A stretch of 60,973 nucleotides of DNA from Candidatus Thorarchaeota archaeon. GTDB taxonomy: Archaea > Asgardarchaeota > Thorarchaeia > Thorarchaeales > Thorarchaeaceae. The stretch covers positions 1-60,973 of the forward strand of contig JBHLRQ010000006.1 of assembly GCA_048882385.1 (NCBI GenBank), in the 5' to 3' direction. The translations under genes were made by a program, and so were the position numbers. Shown piece after piece: positions 19,659 to 29,612 of the stretch. The notes below the pieces were generated by a model. The model searched no databases, was not told the DNA's origin, and worked only from the letters and a program-made list of their open reading frames with translations. How positions within the stretch are numbered: the first letter of the stretch is position 1; each line of letters opens with the position of its first letter.

Positions 19659-20216
19659 ATGACACCGGAGCTGCAACGATTGAGTGTCCGAAGGCCGGTT
19701 TTCAAGACCGTTCTCATTGGTGAAGGCGGTGTTGGAAAGACGAGTCTGGCCGTTAGATACACTGAAGATCGTTTTGACCAACAAATGAAAATGACTATTG
19801 GGGTAAACTTCGCTACGAAGAAAATTCAGGTTGAAGGTCAGGAAATCACTCTCCTTCTGTGGGATCTGGGCGGACAGCCTCGGTTCCAAGACGTAGTTAT
19901 GGACTACTTCAAGGGTTCGAAGCTAGGTATTGCAGTTTACGAAGTAAGTCGACCGTTTACTATGCACCGATTAGATGACTGGATAGGTAGGTTGCATAAC
20001 AGCGTTCCAAATTGTGACATATTTCTCGTTGGTAACAAGATTGACGAGAGAATACCTGATATGGGTGTTTCTTTTGAAGAAGCAAAAGAGTTTGCAACCA
20101 AGTACAATGCCCAGGTCTTCGAAGTGAGTGCAAAGACTGGCGAGGGTGTTTTTAACATGTTCGAAGCAGCCGGAACTCATTTAGCTGGTCTTCTGGATGA
20201 TTATAAACTACTTTGA
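19659..20216 (+). CDS. Rab-like small GTPase
   Basis: GEGGVGKT, TIGVNF, WDLGGQ, NKID, EVSAKTG. Confidence 0.93.
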   Translation: MTPELQRLSVRRPVFKTVLIGEGGVGKTSLAVRYTEDRFDQQMKMTIGVNFATKKIQVEGQEITLLLWDLGGQPRFQDVVMDYFKGSKLGIAVYEVSRPFTMHRLDDWIGRLHNSVPNCDIFLVGNKIDERIPDMGVSFEEAKEFATKYNAQVFEVSAKTGEGVFNMFEAAGTHLAGLLDDYKLL

Positions 20217-20292
20217 TTTGTAGGAAATATCATTAAATGTTTGTTAAACACTTTTTTTTCTGGACCGCTATCGGAACGACGGAGACCTAGAC

Positions 20293-20556
20293 TTGGCAAA
20301 GGTGAAACTAAAACAATTCGCGTGTCCTGCATGCAAGGACGGTACGTTGGTCTATGTAGAGGTTGATGAAACCAAAATTACAATGGCCAAGAGATACCCA
20401 GTAATTGTAACAGCTAAGTGTCCAAAGAAGAATCATTCACTAGTTGTTTTTGTTGATGCTAATTTTCAGGTTCGAGATGTAGAAGCAGCAGCGGAAGCAT
20501 CTGAAGAGAAGAAAGATGCAATCGACAAGACAAAGGGGTGGTTTGATTCTCTATAG
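20293..20556 (+). CDS. Small putative zinc-binding protein (C2-CH)
   Basis: CPAC...CPKKNH, VFVDANFQVRD; TTG start after GGAG. Confidence 0.75.
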   Translation: MAKVKLKQFACPACKDGTLVYVEVDETKITMAKRYPVIVTAKCPKKNHSLVVFVDANFQVRDVEAAAEASEEKKDAIDKTKGWFDSL

Positions 20557-20695
20557 GTTGATGTCTGAGCAGTCTAAAAGGTATAATATATGCTACTAGA
20601 AATGCTTAATTAATAGGAATTTCGACGATGGGTTGGGACCAAAACAGTCGCAAGCCATGTAGCATTTACTATACATAACGGGGATCAACAAGACA

Positions 20696-21133
20696 ATGTA
20701 TGGCATCTTCCTTATCAATGAAGCCGGCGAAACTGTAGCCTCAATGGGCTGGGAAAATCTCGAAGGAGATTCAGCATTACTTGGAGGGTTTGTTTCGGCG
20801 CTTCAGATGTTTATCAAAAAGATTTCTGGCAACGAAATCAATGAGCTTCAGTTTGGAGAATTGAAACTACTTATTGGTAAAGCTGGAGAAAATTATGTAG
20901 TGACTCTACATGCTTCTGATGATGAGGAGGCGCGTGAGCACAATCAAACGGTAATCGAGCTTGTAATGGATCAGGGAGATGACATTGATGATGGTGTACT
21001 CAACCTGATCAGTGAAATGGTTTCACCTGAGGACACGCCTGAAGAAGAAAAAGAAAGGGTTCGTCGGGGTATTCGTGGCATTACAAGCGAAGCAGGTTCT
21101 GCAGCGAAAGAATGGGGTAAGAAGGTATTCTAG
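20696..21133 (+). CDS. Longin-like domain protein
   Basis: MYGIFLINEAGETVAS (two beta strands), DSALLGGFVSALQMF (helix), INELQFGELKLLIG..ENYVVTL (three strands): longin topology. Confidence 0.78.
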   Translation: MYGIFLINEAGETVASMGWENLEGDSALLGGFVSALQMFIKKISGNEINELQFGELKLLIGKAGENYVVTLHASDDEEAREHNQTVIELVMDQGDDIDDGVLNLISEMVSPEDTPEEEKERVRRGIRGITSEAGSAAKEWGKKVF

Positions 21134-21144
21134 GAGATAGGAAA

Positions 21145-22563
21145 ATGGAAGTATACGAAATTGCATATCTGTTCCTTGGTTTGGCAACTCTCGTAGCAGC
21201 TGGGACCATCATTAACTATAGTAGGAAGAGATCAGCTGCAACTTCAGATCCAGAAATTAAGAAGGCATTCAGACCACTCTATCTTTTCGCAATCGGACTT
21301 ATCATCTATGCCATTGGTTCGTTACTTACCTACTATGAGCTTTTTGTGGAAGTTCCTTTTATCCAGATTGAAGAGGTTGCAAATACGTATTACTATCTTC
21401 TTTACTACATCACGATGTTTGAATTACTCTTGCTAGCAATATCAGCTTCAATGATTATGGAACAAAAAATCATCGGAATTTTCATGATAATCATGATCGG
21501 AGTAGCCTATCTATTGATGTTCAATGCAATCCTTATCCTTGATGCAACCCGTGTCAGTACTATTGCTCAATTGATGATCAACTACGGTTACGTACTCACG
21601 ATGATTATTCTTGGTGCTGTCGCGTTTCTATTCTCATGGATTGCCTATGAAACAAAGAGAAGCACAAGTCTAGCACTTGGATATGCTATGATTGTCCAGG
21701 TGTTAGCAGTTCCAGGATTGTATCCCATCCTGTCTTTGGAGATAATCATCGCAATCTCTATCTTTGCACTCATGGGTCCAGCTATGATTGCGTTTGCATT
21801 TCTTCGACCAGATCAAAAGATATCTGGCGAACTTGTTGGATATGGAGCAAGCTTTGCAGGTCCTGTCGCAATTGGTGCAGCCCTGATTTCTACCCAGACA
21901 ACTTTCGATCTAGAAGTAGTCCTTCTAGCTGGTGTTGGTGCAATAGCTGTGATGCTAGCAACTGGAACAACATCATATCTCTACGGAAGATGGAGAGATA
22001 CAAGACAGCTTCCAACTGGGTTGCTGCTATTGGCGTTCATTGGTTTTGCAGTGGGACAAGTAGTTGGAATGCTGGGAACAATCGGAGTGATAGCAGGTGC
22101 ACTTCCCTCATACATAGAGATTCTCTCAATAGGTTTCGCTCTATCAATCTTCTCTGTTGTAGCGATATTTGCTGCGGGTTATAGAAGTGCAGGACTTATA
22201 CCATTTCTGATATACATCCCTGCTGGAATCTTCATTGGTCAAGGGTATACACAAGGTCTTGCAGTAAGTGAAGCATTCATCCAGTACATCTGGATTGTAA
22301 TTCCTCTCGTTATTCTGTTCTTTGTACCTGTTGTTATGTTCATGAGCACATGGAGAAGAATGAGAAGTACTGGTTCTTCAGGAAGATCCAGACCACTGGG
22401 AATGGGCATAGCATTATTACTTTACATTCTAATCAGACTACCATTGATGCTCTTTGAAACGGAGGTTGGAGCATTCTTTGCATTTGATCCAAGCTATGCA
22501 TTTATTGTAGTCAGTTTTGGAGTATTCTGGTTGTCTTTGACAGGTAGAATGGAAAGATTATAG
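21145..22563 (+). CDS. Polytopic membrane protein, about 15 TM (two 7TM-like units plus a linker helix)
   Basis: 15 hydrophobic segments; basic loops after TM1, 5, 7, 9 and 13; 11 bp from the longin gene. Confidence 0.78.
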   Translation: MEVYEIAYLFLGLATLVAAGTIINYSRKRSAATSDPEIKKAFRPLYLFAIGLIIYAIGSLLTYYELFVEVPFIQIEEVANTYYYLLYYITMFELLLLAISASMIMEQKIIGIFMIIMIGVAYLLMFNAILILDATRVSTIAQLMINYGYVLTMIILGAVAFLFSWIAYETKRSTSLALGYAMIVQVLAVPGLYPILSLEIIIAISIFALMGPAMIAFAFLRPDQKISGELVGYGASFAGPVAIGAALISTQTTFDLEVVLLAGVGAIAVMLATGTTSYLYGRWRDTRQLPTGLLLLAFIGFAVGQVVGMLGTIGVIAGALPSYIEILSIGFALSIFSVVAIFAAGYRSAGLIPFLIYIPAGIFIGQGYTQGLAVSEAFIQYIWIVIPLVILFFVPVVMFMSTWRRMRSTGSSGRSRPLGMGIALLLYILIRLPLMLFETEVGAFFAFDPSYAFIVVSFGVFWLSLTGRMERL

Positions 22564-22567
22564 TAAA

Positions 22568-23002
22568 TTAAACAAGAGGTTTTCGAAAGAAGACCTCTCC
22601 GATTCCACCCTCATTAATACCGGAGATTATACCGCATTCTTCAAAGCCAACAGAACGATGCCAAGCTTGAGGTTCAGGTTCATTAGCTTGAGATGAGCTA
22701 TATATTTGATCGTGACCGATGCTCTTTAGATAGTCTTCTAAAAATACAAGAATCTTCCTTCCAATTCCTTCATGCCTATATTCATCAACGACAAATATCA
22801 CACCAATGTACGGAATGGTCGACCAGAGAAACTCAATACGAATGTACCCTATTGGTTTTCCATCAAGCTCCGCGACAATGATTTCGTTTTGAACGATTTT
22901 ATGACGAATCACTTGTTCTGTCACATGACCATCTTCGACAACGCACCATTCTAGATCCTCAGGACCTGCAAACCTAACGAGTACCCGTTCATTCACACTC
23001 AT
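22568..23002 (-). CDS. GNAT-family N-acetyltransferase
   Basis: IFVVDEYRHEGIGRKIL and W.RSVGFEECG; ATG 23002 avoids overlap with the divergent gene. Confidence 0.88.
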   Translation of the reverse strand: MSVNERVLVRFAGPEDLEWCVVEDGHVTEQVIRHKIVQNEIIVAELDGKPIGYIRIEFLWSTIPYIGVIFVVDEYRHEGIGRKILVFLEDYLKSIGHDQIYSSSQANEPEPQAWHRSVGFEECGIISGINEGGIGEVFFRKPLV

Positions 23003-23162
23003 GTGAGCATAACTCCAATAGAACATCATTATTCGAAAGCTCCTGAAGTAACTTCCGAATTCTGAGAAAATAATATATCGAGCAAATGAACAATATAGAT
23101 TCACAATTTGGTGGTCTAGGAGTATGAGATTGGAGGCCATACTAAAGTCTTGAGGTGGAACT

Positions 23163-25424
23163 TTGAAATCAAGAGGTGGGGTCTTGGTCATTTTAATGGT
23201 CCTCCTGATTGCAGCTATTCCTTTCCCTGTGCGTTATTCAGAATCGATTGTGACGGGATTCGCTTCCATAGAATTGACAGAGAATTATACCACTGCGTAT
23301 ATTGAACATAGTCCCATCATCATTACCTCTGATGCAGATTTCATCGCGCAAGATAGTTTAGAGGGATGGCCTGGAACCGGTTCACCATCAAATCCAATCA
23401 TTATTGATAGATATAATATCACCCACAGGGGGTATTGTATACGAATTGAAAACGTAGGGTTATCCTTCCACATCTCAAATTGCTATCTTAATTCAAATTC
23501 GTCAGAGGTGCTGACAGATGCATATGATCATGGCATTAGTCTTAGCAATGTCGGTGATGCTCTCTTAACTTTCAATAAGATAGTCAATAAGGAAGATTGC
23601 GGAATCTATATTGAGTCGTCTAACATTCATGGAGGTAGTAATGAATTAATTGACAATTATCGAGGCATCGTATTCGATCATGTGTCAGGTATTTTCTATT
23701 CGAATGACATAACAAACTCAACAGACATTTCGGTTTGGATTATCGACTCGTTTGACCTTGTTTTTCGCCAACATCAGGTTAGTTCAAACCTGGGAGCGGG
23801 TATGCTCATGCAGGGAACCACTGATTGTACAGCTTACAATAATGACTTCGATAATGGTAGTGTAGAGCTACGTGACTGCAATAATTGTGAAATGTACAAT
23901 AGTGGATTCTATAATGGTTCTGAGATTCTAATTACTCGCTGTTCTCAAGTGTCGGTAACAAACGATTATGTTATTGCACCATCCGATCAGGGGATACTGA
24001 TTAATCAGTCAAGTCATTGTACCATCTCCAATAATAGACTAAATTCATCAACCAAAGCTGCGATTGTGGTTTTAGACTCGTTCTCCTGTAACATTACTTC
24101 TAACATCATATCACATTGTCAGGATGGCATTCGAATTGGTAGTGATACCTCCTCATCACTTATCACTAACAACTACATATTCAATCAAATTGAGTACGGA
24201 ATAAGAATTGACAGCGGTTCAGACAATTGGATATATGCGAACCTCGTGGTCTGTGAGGGAGCGGGATTCTTCTTGGATGACGGTAGCGAAAATCACTGGG
24301 ACGACGGATTCTTCTTGGGAAACTTCTTGCCTGGAATTACAGAGGGCACCCTTCAGATCGATGGTTCAGCTGGCAGTCAGGACCAATTTGCCAGACCAGT
24401 TGATCCAGAGCCAATTGAAGAACCAGTAATCTGTTCAGGTCCGATATTAGTGAAAATCGATAATTTTGAGGGAATTCTGACATGTGTGATTTGGGTGAGA
24501 ACGGACACATGGAGGTATGGGTATTATATTGTCAATTGGGTTGCTGAGATAGATGGGGAGAGAACGGAAGGAGTGGATTGCTCAGATCTCTGTACCATTA
24601 TGGTTCCTATTCCTGAATTGGAAGCAGGCATACATGAAGTCAGATTAATTCTGGAACTTCATGTTATTCCGATGCTGGAAGGAGAAATCGATATAGCTAA
24701 TGTTTCATTCTTTCTACCAGGTTTCTATTCTTCTTATGATGGCGACAATGATGGCATGGTGGATGAGTGGGAGGTGGAGAATGGTCTGAATCCCTTGATA
24801 GATGATGGTTTCGAAGATCCAGATAATGATAATTTGGACAATAATCAGGAGATTTATTGGTCTACAGATCCACACAATCCAGATACTGACCAAGATCAAA
24901 TGCCAGACGGGTGGGAAGCTCTCTATGAGCTGAGACCACTACTTGATGATTCACGTGAGGATAAAGACTCAGATGGTTTGTGCAACCTCGATGAGTATCT
25001 TCATGGAACGGACCCAGATGATAGTGACTCAGATTCCGATTCGATCACGGACGGATGGGAGGTGACCTTTGGTCAAAATCCATTAGATCCCACTGATGCA
25101 TGGATAGATTCTGACGCTGATACTCTGACAAATCTCCAAGAGTTCCTTCTTGGAACTGATCCAACTAGTCCAGATTCTGACCGCGATTCTTATCCTGATG
25201 CTTGGGAGGTGCAGAATGGATTCGATCCACTTGCTCCTCCAGATACAATGTATGAAGAGATGGTCTATTTTGCGCCCTTCATTATCACTGGATATCTGAC
25301 TATTGGTGCCATATCAGTTGTGACAATAGTCATGAATCGTATGGGAAAGAAGCTCGTACAAGAGCAGAGCCAACATGATGAAGAGGAAGAGATCAGACGT
25401 CAACTTCAAACTCTTATGTCTTGA
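23163..25424 (+). CDS. Cell-surface protein: signal peptide, NosD-like right-handed beta-helix, Ig-like domain, thrombospondin type-3-like Ca-binding repeats, C-terminal TM
   Basis: H.PI.I.SD.DF...GWPG.GS..NP.II; repeated GI.(I/L)..S..C.I..N; seven D.D.D...(D/N)..E...G.(D/N)P units. Confidence 0.85.
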   Translation: MKSRGGVLVILMVLLIAAIPFPVRYSESIVTGFASIELTENYTTAYIEHSPIIITSDADFIAQDSLEGWPGTGSPSNPIIIDRYNITHRGYCIRIENVGLSFHISNCYLNSNSSEVLTDAYDHGISLSNVGDALLTFNKIVNKEDCGIYIESSNIHGGSNELIDNYRGIVFDHVSGIFYSNDITNSTDISVWIIDSFDLVFRQHQVSSNLGAGMLMQGTTDCTAYNNDFDNGSVELRDCNNCEMYNSGFYNGSEILITRCSQVSVTNDYVIAPSDQGILINQSSHCTISNNRLNSSTKAAIVVLDSFSCNITSNIISHCQDGIRIGSDTSSSLITNNYIFNQIEYGIRIDSGSDNWIYANLVVCEGAGFFLDDGSENHWDDGFFLGNFLPGITEGTLQIDGSAGSQDQFARPVDPEPIEEPVICSGPILVKIDNFEGILTCVIWVRTDTWRYGYYIVNWVAEIDGERTEGVDCSDLCTIMVPIPELEAGIHEVRLILELHVIPMLEGEIDIANVSFFLPGFYSSYDGDNDGMVDEWEVENGLNPLIDDGFEDPDNDNLDNNQEIYWSTDPHNPDTDQDQMPDGWEALYELRPLLDDSREDKDSDGLCNLDEYLHGTDPDDSDSDSDSITDGWEVTFGQNPLDPTDAWIDSDADTLTNLQEFLLGTDPTSPDSDRDSYPDAWEVQNGFDPLAPPDTMYEEMVYFAPFIITGYLTIGAISVVTIVMNRMGKKLVQEQSQHDEEEEIRRQLQTLMS
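24736..25236 (+). repeat. Seven alternating TSP3-like DxDxD repeats (protein level)
   Basis: [12 protein letters not shown] / [12 protein letters not shown] / [12 protein letters not shown] / [12 protein letters not shown] / [12 protein letters not shown] / [12 protein letters not shown] / [12 protein letters not shown]; boundaries approximate. Confidence 0.8.
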
Positions 25425-28261
25425 TCTCTGTATTCCTCAGGATTCTTGTCGAAAGTGTCCTTGCAGTTTTGGGAACAGAAGTAGTACTTCTTTCCGTCAA
25501 ACTCACTGATGAGGGTTGCAGTCCCAATATCCACATCCATCTTGCATATGGGATCAACTGCTATACCGGAAACAACCTCTTCTTCCTCAACTTCTCCAGA
25601 TTCCCTATACTTTTCGGGATTTGCTTCAAATGTCTCCTTACAGTATGGGTTGCAGAAATAGTATCGTTTACCATCATAATCACTATAGAGATCAGCGGTT
25701 GCTATTTCGACTTTCATGTTGCAAATGGGATCTATCGCAACATCTCCTTCTTGATATGCAGCAGGAGGAATTCTTGGCTGAGTTTCTTTAGATCTTTCAG
25801 GTTTAAAGCGGTTCAAAGTTAGAGCATTTGTAACAACACTAACGCTTGATAATGCCATGGCAAGTCCAGCGAACTCAGGGCGCAAAATCAATCCTAGCGA
25901 TGGAAATAGGATTCCAGCTGCAATCGGCAGAAGTGCGATGTTATATATGAGTGCCCAGAAGAAGCCCTGCCGGATTTTAGACATTGTGCGACTACCTAAT
26001 TGGATTCCTGTGACTACATCCATTAGATCATCTTTCACTAGAACAATATCTCCAGTTTCAACTGAAACATCGGTTCCGGAACCAAGTGCAATTCCTACAT
26101 CAGCTTGAGCTAAGGCAACAGCATCGTTCACACCATCTCCAGACATAGCAACAGTCAAACCTTTGCTTTGCAGCTCCTTGATTTTTTCAGCTTTATCTGC
26201 TGGAAGTACCTCAGCAAGCACTCTATCAATCCCAACTGTTTCAGCTATTGCATGTGCTGTTACTTCCTTATCACCTGTGATCATCCAGACTTCTAGACCC
26301 ATTTTCTTTAGACTCTCTACAGCCTGAACAGAAGTGTCCTTGAGCTTGTCTGCAATTGCTACTAATGCAAGCATTTGGCCATCAATAGCTGCATAGACTG
26401 TGGTTTTTCCCTTCTCCTGAAGCTTCGTTCCCTCTAATTCAGCAACCGAAACATCAACAGAATTTTCTTTCATGAATTTGTCATTGCCCACCAGGAGTAA
26501 TTGGCCTTCAACGGTTGCCCTGACACCTCTTCCAGTAGTAGATTCAAATTCAGAGGATGAAGGGATGTTAATCTCTAATTTCTCAGTGTATTGAACTATC
26601 GCCTCTGCAAGAGGATGTTCACTATTCTTTTCTACAGATGAAATGAGTCGTAAGGCTTCCCCATCACTAAAGTCGCCATAAGTTATGATATCAGTGACTG
26701 TTGGTTTTCCGATTGTAAGAGTTCCAGTTTTGTCAAATACAATAGCGTCGACTGTCGGGATTACTTCAAGACCTTCTCCTGCTTTTATCAGTATTCCATG
26801 TTGTGCTCCTTTACCAATTCCGACCATGATGGCTGTTGGAGTAGCTAGACCTAATGCACATGGGCATGCTGCAACAAGTACTGCAATACTAAACGTCAGG
26901 GCTTGTGTAAATTCGACTGGTAGACCACTAATTGGCGAAACAAAGCCCAAAATAGGGGAAATATAGAACCAAAATACGAAAGTTGAAAGAGCTAGAATGA
27001 GAACAACTGGAGTGAATTTACTCGCAATAGCATCAGCTTTCCGTTGAATAGGAGGTTTGCTTGTTTGTGCTTCTTCAACAAGTTTCACAATTTGTGATAG
27101 AACTGTATCCTTGCCAACTTTCGTAGCTCTGATTTTTAGAACACCGTTCTTATTGATTGTTGCACCTACTACTTTGTCGCCCACACTTTTCTTAACTGGA
27201 GCAGGTTCTCCAGTAATCATTGACTCATCCACACTTGACTTGCCATCGATCACATCACCATCCACCGGAACTTTGTCTCCAGGCTTTATGAGAACAATAT
27301 CTCCAACTTCAACATCCTCTATTGGCAAAAGCTGTTCTTCATCACCCCGTATCACAGTAGCAACTTTTGCCTGTAAATCCATCAAGCTTCGCATTGCTTT
27401 CGAAGTTCTTCCTTTTGCAATTGCCTCAAGTGTTCTTCCAAGAAGAATGAAGCTGATAAGAAGAACAGCGGAATCGTAGAATGGCATGTATACATTCCAT
27501 TGAGGTAGAAATGTGGTTGCGACTGAATAGAAGTATGCTGCACTAGTACCTAGCATGATTAGAGTGTCCATGTTTGTGGTGAAGTGTCGCGCAGCCTTCA
27601 AAGCCGCTTTGTAAAATGGATAACCTGCAATAAATTGCACTGGCGTGGCGAGAATGAACATTGCGAATTTTCTCAATTCTTCAGATGGTATAAGAGATGA
27701 AAGCACGCCAAAATGGATTAACAGGACAGGAATTGTCATCAAGACTGAGAATGCGAGAAGCAATGAATAAGAACGAATTTCTTTTTCTCGAGCTAGGGAT
27801 TCTCTGTCCGCTTCAATACCTTCCGCTTCTTCAACTTTCACTCCCACTTTGTCAAGTGATTTCTTGACGATCTTGTATGTAATCATGTCTTCATCATATT
27901 CAATTAATATACGGTTTGAATCTTCAATAGTACGAACTGAAATGACACCCTCAACGCTTTCTAGCGTGTTCAAAACATTCTGCCAGTCCACAGCTGAATC
28001 AGAATCACTAATGGTCAAAGACATAGTTGGTCGTCGTGCACGATATCCAGTTGCCTCGACAGCTTTTTCTAGAGTCGTTCTCTCAACAGACTGAGGTTCA
28101 TATTCAATAATAGCTTTCTCATCGAGTAAATTAACACTAGCCCGGATCACTCCATCTTGGCTTATCAAAGCATCTTCTATTTTGGCAACACATGATGCGC
28201 AGTGCATTCCTTCAATACGCATCGACATCCTAGAGGGTTTCGTTTCTGTTTTCTGACTCAT
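25406..28261 (-). CDS. copA: Cu(I)-translocating P1B-type ATPase with N-terminal HMA domains and two C-terminal YHS/TRASH domains
   Basis: [38 protein letters not shown] and MALSS; two DPIC.M...YYFC...C...F..NP..Y units. Confidence 0.95.
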   Translation of the reverse strand: MSQKTETKPSRMSMRIEGMHCASCVAKIEDALISQDGVIRASVNLLDEKAIIEYEPQSVERTTLEKAVEATGYRARRPTMSLTISDSDSAVDWQNVLNTLESVEGVISVRTIEDSNRILIEYDEDMITYKIVKKSLDKVGVKVEEAEGIEADRESLAREKEIRSYSLLLAFSVLMTIPVLLIHFGVLSSLIPSEELRKFAMFILATPVQFIAGYPFYKAALKAARHFTTNMDTLIMLGTSAAYFYSVATTFLPQWNVYMPFYDSAVLLISFILLGRTLEAIAKGRTSKAMRSLMDLQAKVATVIRGDEEQLLPIEDVEVGDIVLIKPGDKVPVDGDVIDGKSSVDESMITGEPAPVKKSVGDKVVGATINKNGVLKIRATKVGKDTVLSQIVKLVEEAQTSKPPIQRKADAIASKFTPVVLILALSTFVFWFYISPILGFVSPISGLPVEFTQALTFSIAVLVAACPCALGLATPTAIMVGIGKGAQHGILIKAGEGLEVIPTVDAIVFDKTGTLTIGKPTVTDIITYGDFSDGEALRLISSVEKNSEHPLAEAIVQYTEKLEINIPSSSEFESTTGRGVRATVEGQLLLVGNDKFMKENSVDVSVAELEGTKLQEKGKTTVYAAIDGQMLALVAIADKLKDTSVQAVESLKKMGLEVWMITGDKEVTAHAIAETVGIDRVLAEVLPADKAEKIKELQSKGLTVAMSGDGVNDAVALAQADVGIALGSGTDVSVETGDIVLVKDDLMDVVTGIQLGSRTMSKIRQGFFWALIYNIALLPIAAGILFPSLGLILRPEFAGLAMALSSVSVVTNALTLNRFKPERSKETQPRIPPAAYQEGDVAIDPICNMKVEIATADLYSDYDGKRYYFCNPYCKETFEANPEKYRESGEVEEEEVVSGIAVDPICKMDVDIGTATLISEFDGKKYYFCSQNCKDTFDKNPEEYRDQDIRV

Positions 28262-28290
28262 TTCTATTCACCGTTATTGCAATTCGAATA

Positions 28291-28324
28291 TAATGTCTAT
28301 TACGATATATCGAGTACGATATAT
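28291..28324. promoter_or_regulatory. Operator 1, upstream of copA
   Basis: TAATGTCT-ATTA-CGATATATCG-AGTA-CGATATAT; 28305-28324 is a perfect inverted repeat ATATATCG-N4-CGATATAT. Confidence 0.8.
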
Positions 28325-28370
28325 AAGATTTATGTTCGGGGCTGTACTGGATAGCGGACCGAAGTGTTAG

Positions 28371-28841
28371 CTATAGACTCTGTTTGAACGCTTTTGCACA
28401 ATGAACACAGCAGAATGCAAGATCGTCACCATCGATTTCTTCGTGGTGCGCACCTTCATAAACACTAGCGCCACAGCTTGCGCATACTTCAAGACTTGCT
28501 CCTAATGCAGAAGCAGTGATTGCTGCAAACCGTTTAAACAACCTCTCACTGAGCTTACTTCCTTTCTTAGTTAGCGAATAAACAATCTTGCGTTTCTTTC
28601 CAACATCTTCCTGTTTCTGAGTAACTAGTTTCTTCTCTTCGAGCTCTTGCAAGAATGGATAAAGCGTTCCTGGACTCAATTTCTTTCCAGTTCTATTTTG
28701 GAAGCCTTTCATTATCCCATAGCCATGCAATGGTTTCTCATTCAACATCAGCAAGATATAGAACTGTGAAAAATCAGCTAGCATTTCACGGATATCCATG
28801 TCTGGTGCTTTATTATCTTGGAGAACTTCCTTCTCAGTCAA
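28371..28841 (-). CDS. PadR-family regulator with C-terminal TRASH-like metal-binding domain (putative copper sensor)
   Basis: IL.ML.EKP.HGY.I...LSPGTLYP.L.ELE...RKIVYSLT.KG, then CASCG...FCCVHCA. Confidence 0.88.
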   Translation of the reverse strand: MTEKEVLQDNKAPDMDIREMLADFSQFYILLMLNEKPLHGYGIMKGFQNRTGKKLSPGTLYPFLQELEEKKLVTQKQEDVGKKRKIVYSLTKKGSKLSERLFKRFAAITASALGASLEVCASCGASVYEGAHHEEIDGDDLAFCCVHCAKAFKQSL

Positions 28842-28985
28842 TGTTTTTCACTTCCTGCTTGAGATTGAGGTATTGGTTGTGCAATTTCATATTCCTAAAG
28901 GACCTTTTCTTAACGCTTAACCAACTTCACGTAACTATATGAAGCTGATATATACTTGATTAAATATCGAAAAGAGGGAATATAA

Positions 28986-29019
28986 ATATATCGTATAGGA
29001 TATATCCATATAGATAAGT
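28986..29019. promoter_or_regulatory. Operator 2, upstream of the PadR-TRASH regulator
   Basis: ATATATCG-TATA-GGATATATCC-ATAT-AGATAAGT; same 14-bp-period architecture as operator 1. Confidence 0.72.
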
Positions 29020-29131
29020 TAGTTGCAAAATCAAGACATACTGATTTCATTGTTTGATAAAAAAGTGAGGAGAAGTGGGAATCTTCTCCAGCCGATTTAT
29101 GAATCATACAAGATTCGCGAGGCCACACTTC

Positions 29132-29284
29132 TTACTCTTCAATTCCCACTTCCAAGTTGAATTTCTCCGGATTAGCGTCAAACATCTCTTTATGCTGAGT
29201 ACTCATAAAGTAGTATGTTTTACCCTTGTAAACTGATTTGATATTCGGTTTACCCATCATTCCACATACAGGACATTTAGCCAT
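29132..29284 (-). CDS. Small YHS/TRASH-type metallochaperone
   Basis: MAKCPVCGM...YKGKTYYFMSTQHKEMFDANPEKF; ATG 29284 follows GGTGA (ORF track start 29341). Confidence 0.8.
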   Translation of the reverse strand: MAKCPVCGMMGKPNIKSVYKGKTYYFMSTQHKEMFDANPEKFNLEVGIEE

Positions 29285-29389
29285 TTTTCTTGTCACCCAC
29301 TTTCCCGATTTCATATTCCTATTGGATCGTTTCCCTGGCACTCTGAGAACGAGGAAAGAATGAGGTTTCAGAGTAATATTCGATGATAT

Positions 29390-29423
29390 TTATGTCCACA
29401 GGGATATATCGAGAACGATTTAT
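29390..29423. promoter_or_regulatory. Operator 3, upstream of the YHS chaperone
   Basis: TTATGTCC-ACAG-GGATATATCG-AGAA-CGATTTAT. Confidence 0.72.
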
Positions 29424-29444
29424 ATTCACACCATTCTAATATAA

Positions 29445-29478
29445 ATCTATCGAATCAGATATATCCTGTCAGATTTAT
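29445..29478. promoter_or_regulatory. Operator 4, upstream of the YHS chaperone
   Basis: ATCTATCG-AATC-AGATATATCC-TGTC-AGATTTAT. Confidence 0.68.
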
Positions 29479-29612
29479 TTATGAAGGTGGTTCTTACTGC
29501 GACAGCATAGAAGTTCAAAGAAACTCTAGGACTATACAATCGGACGTTTTGGTCACACTCCTCATTTAGGTGATTTTGTCATGTGAGCAATCGCGTTTCC
29601 TGTTATTCGCGA

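Noticed and set aside
21145-22563. Rhodopsin
   Set aside because: No Lys in the seventh helix of either unit.
28291-29478. CRISPR array or tandem repeat
   Set aside because: Copies are degenerate, irregularly spaced, and all sit upstream of genes, which fits operators.
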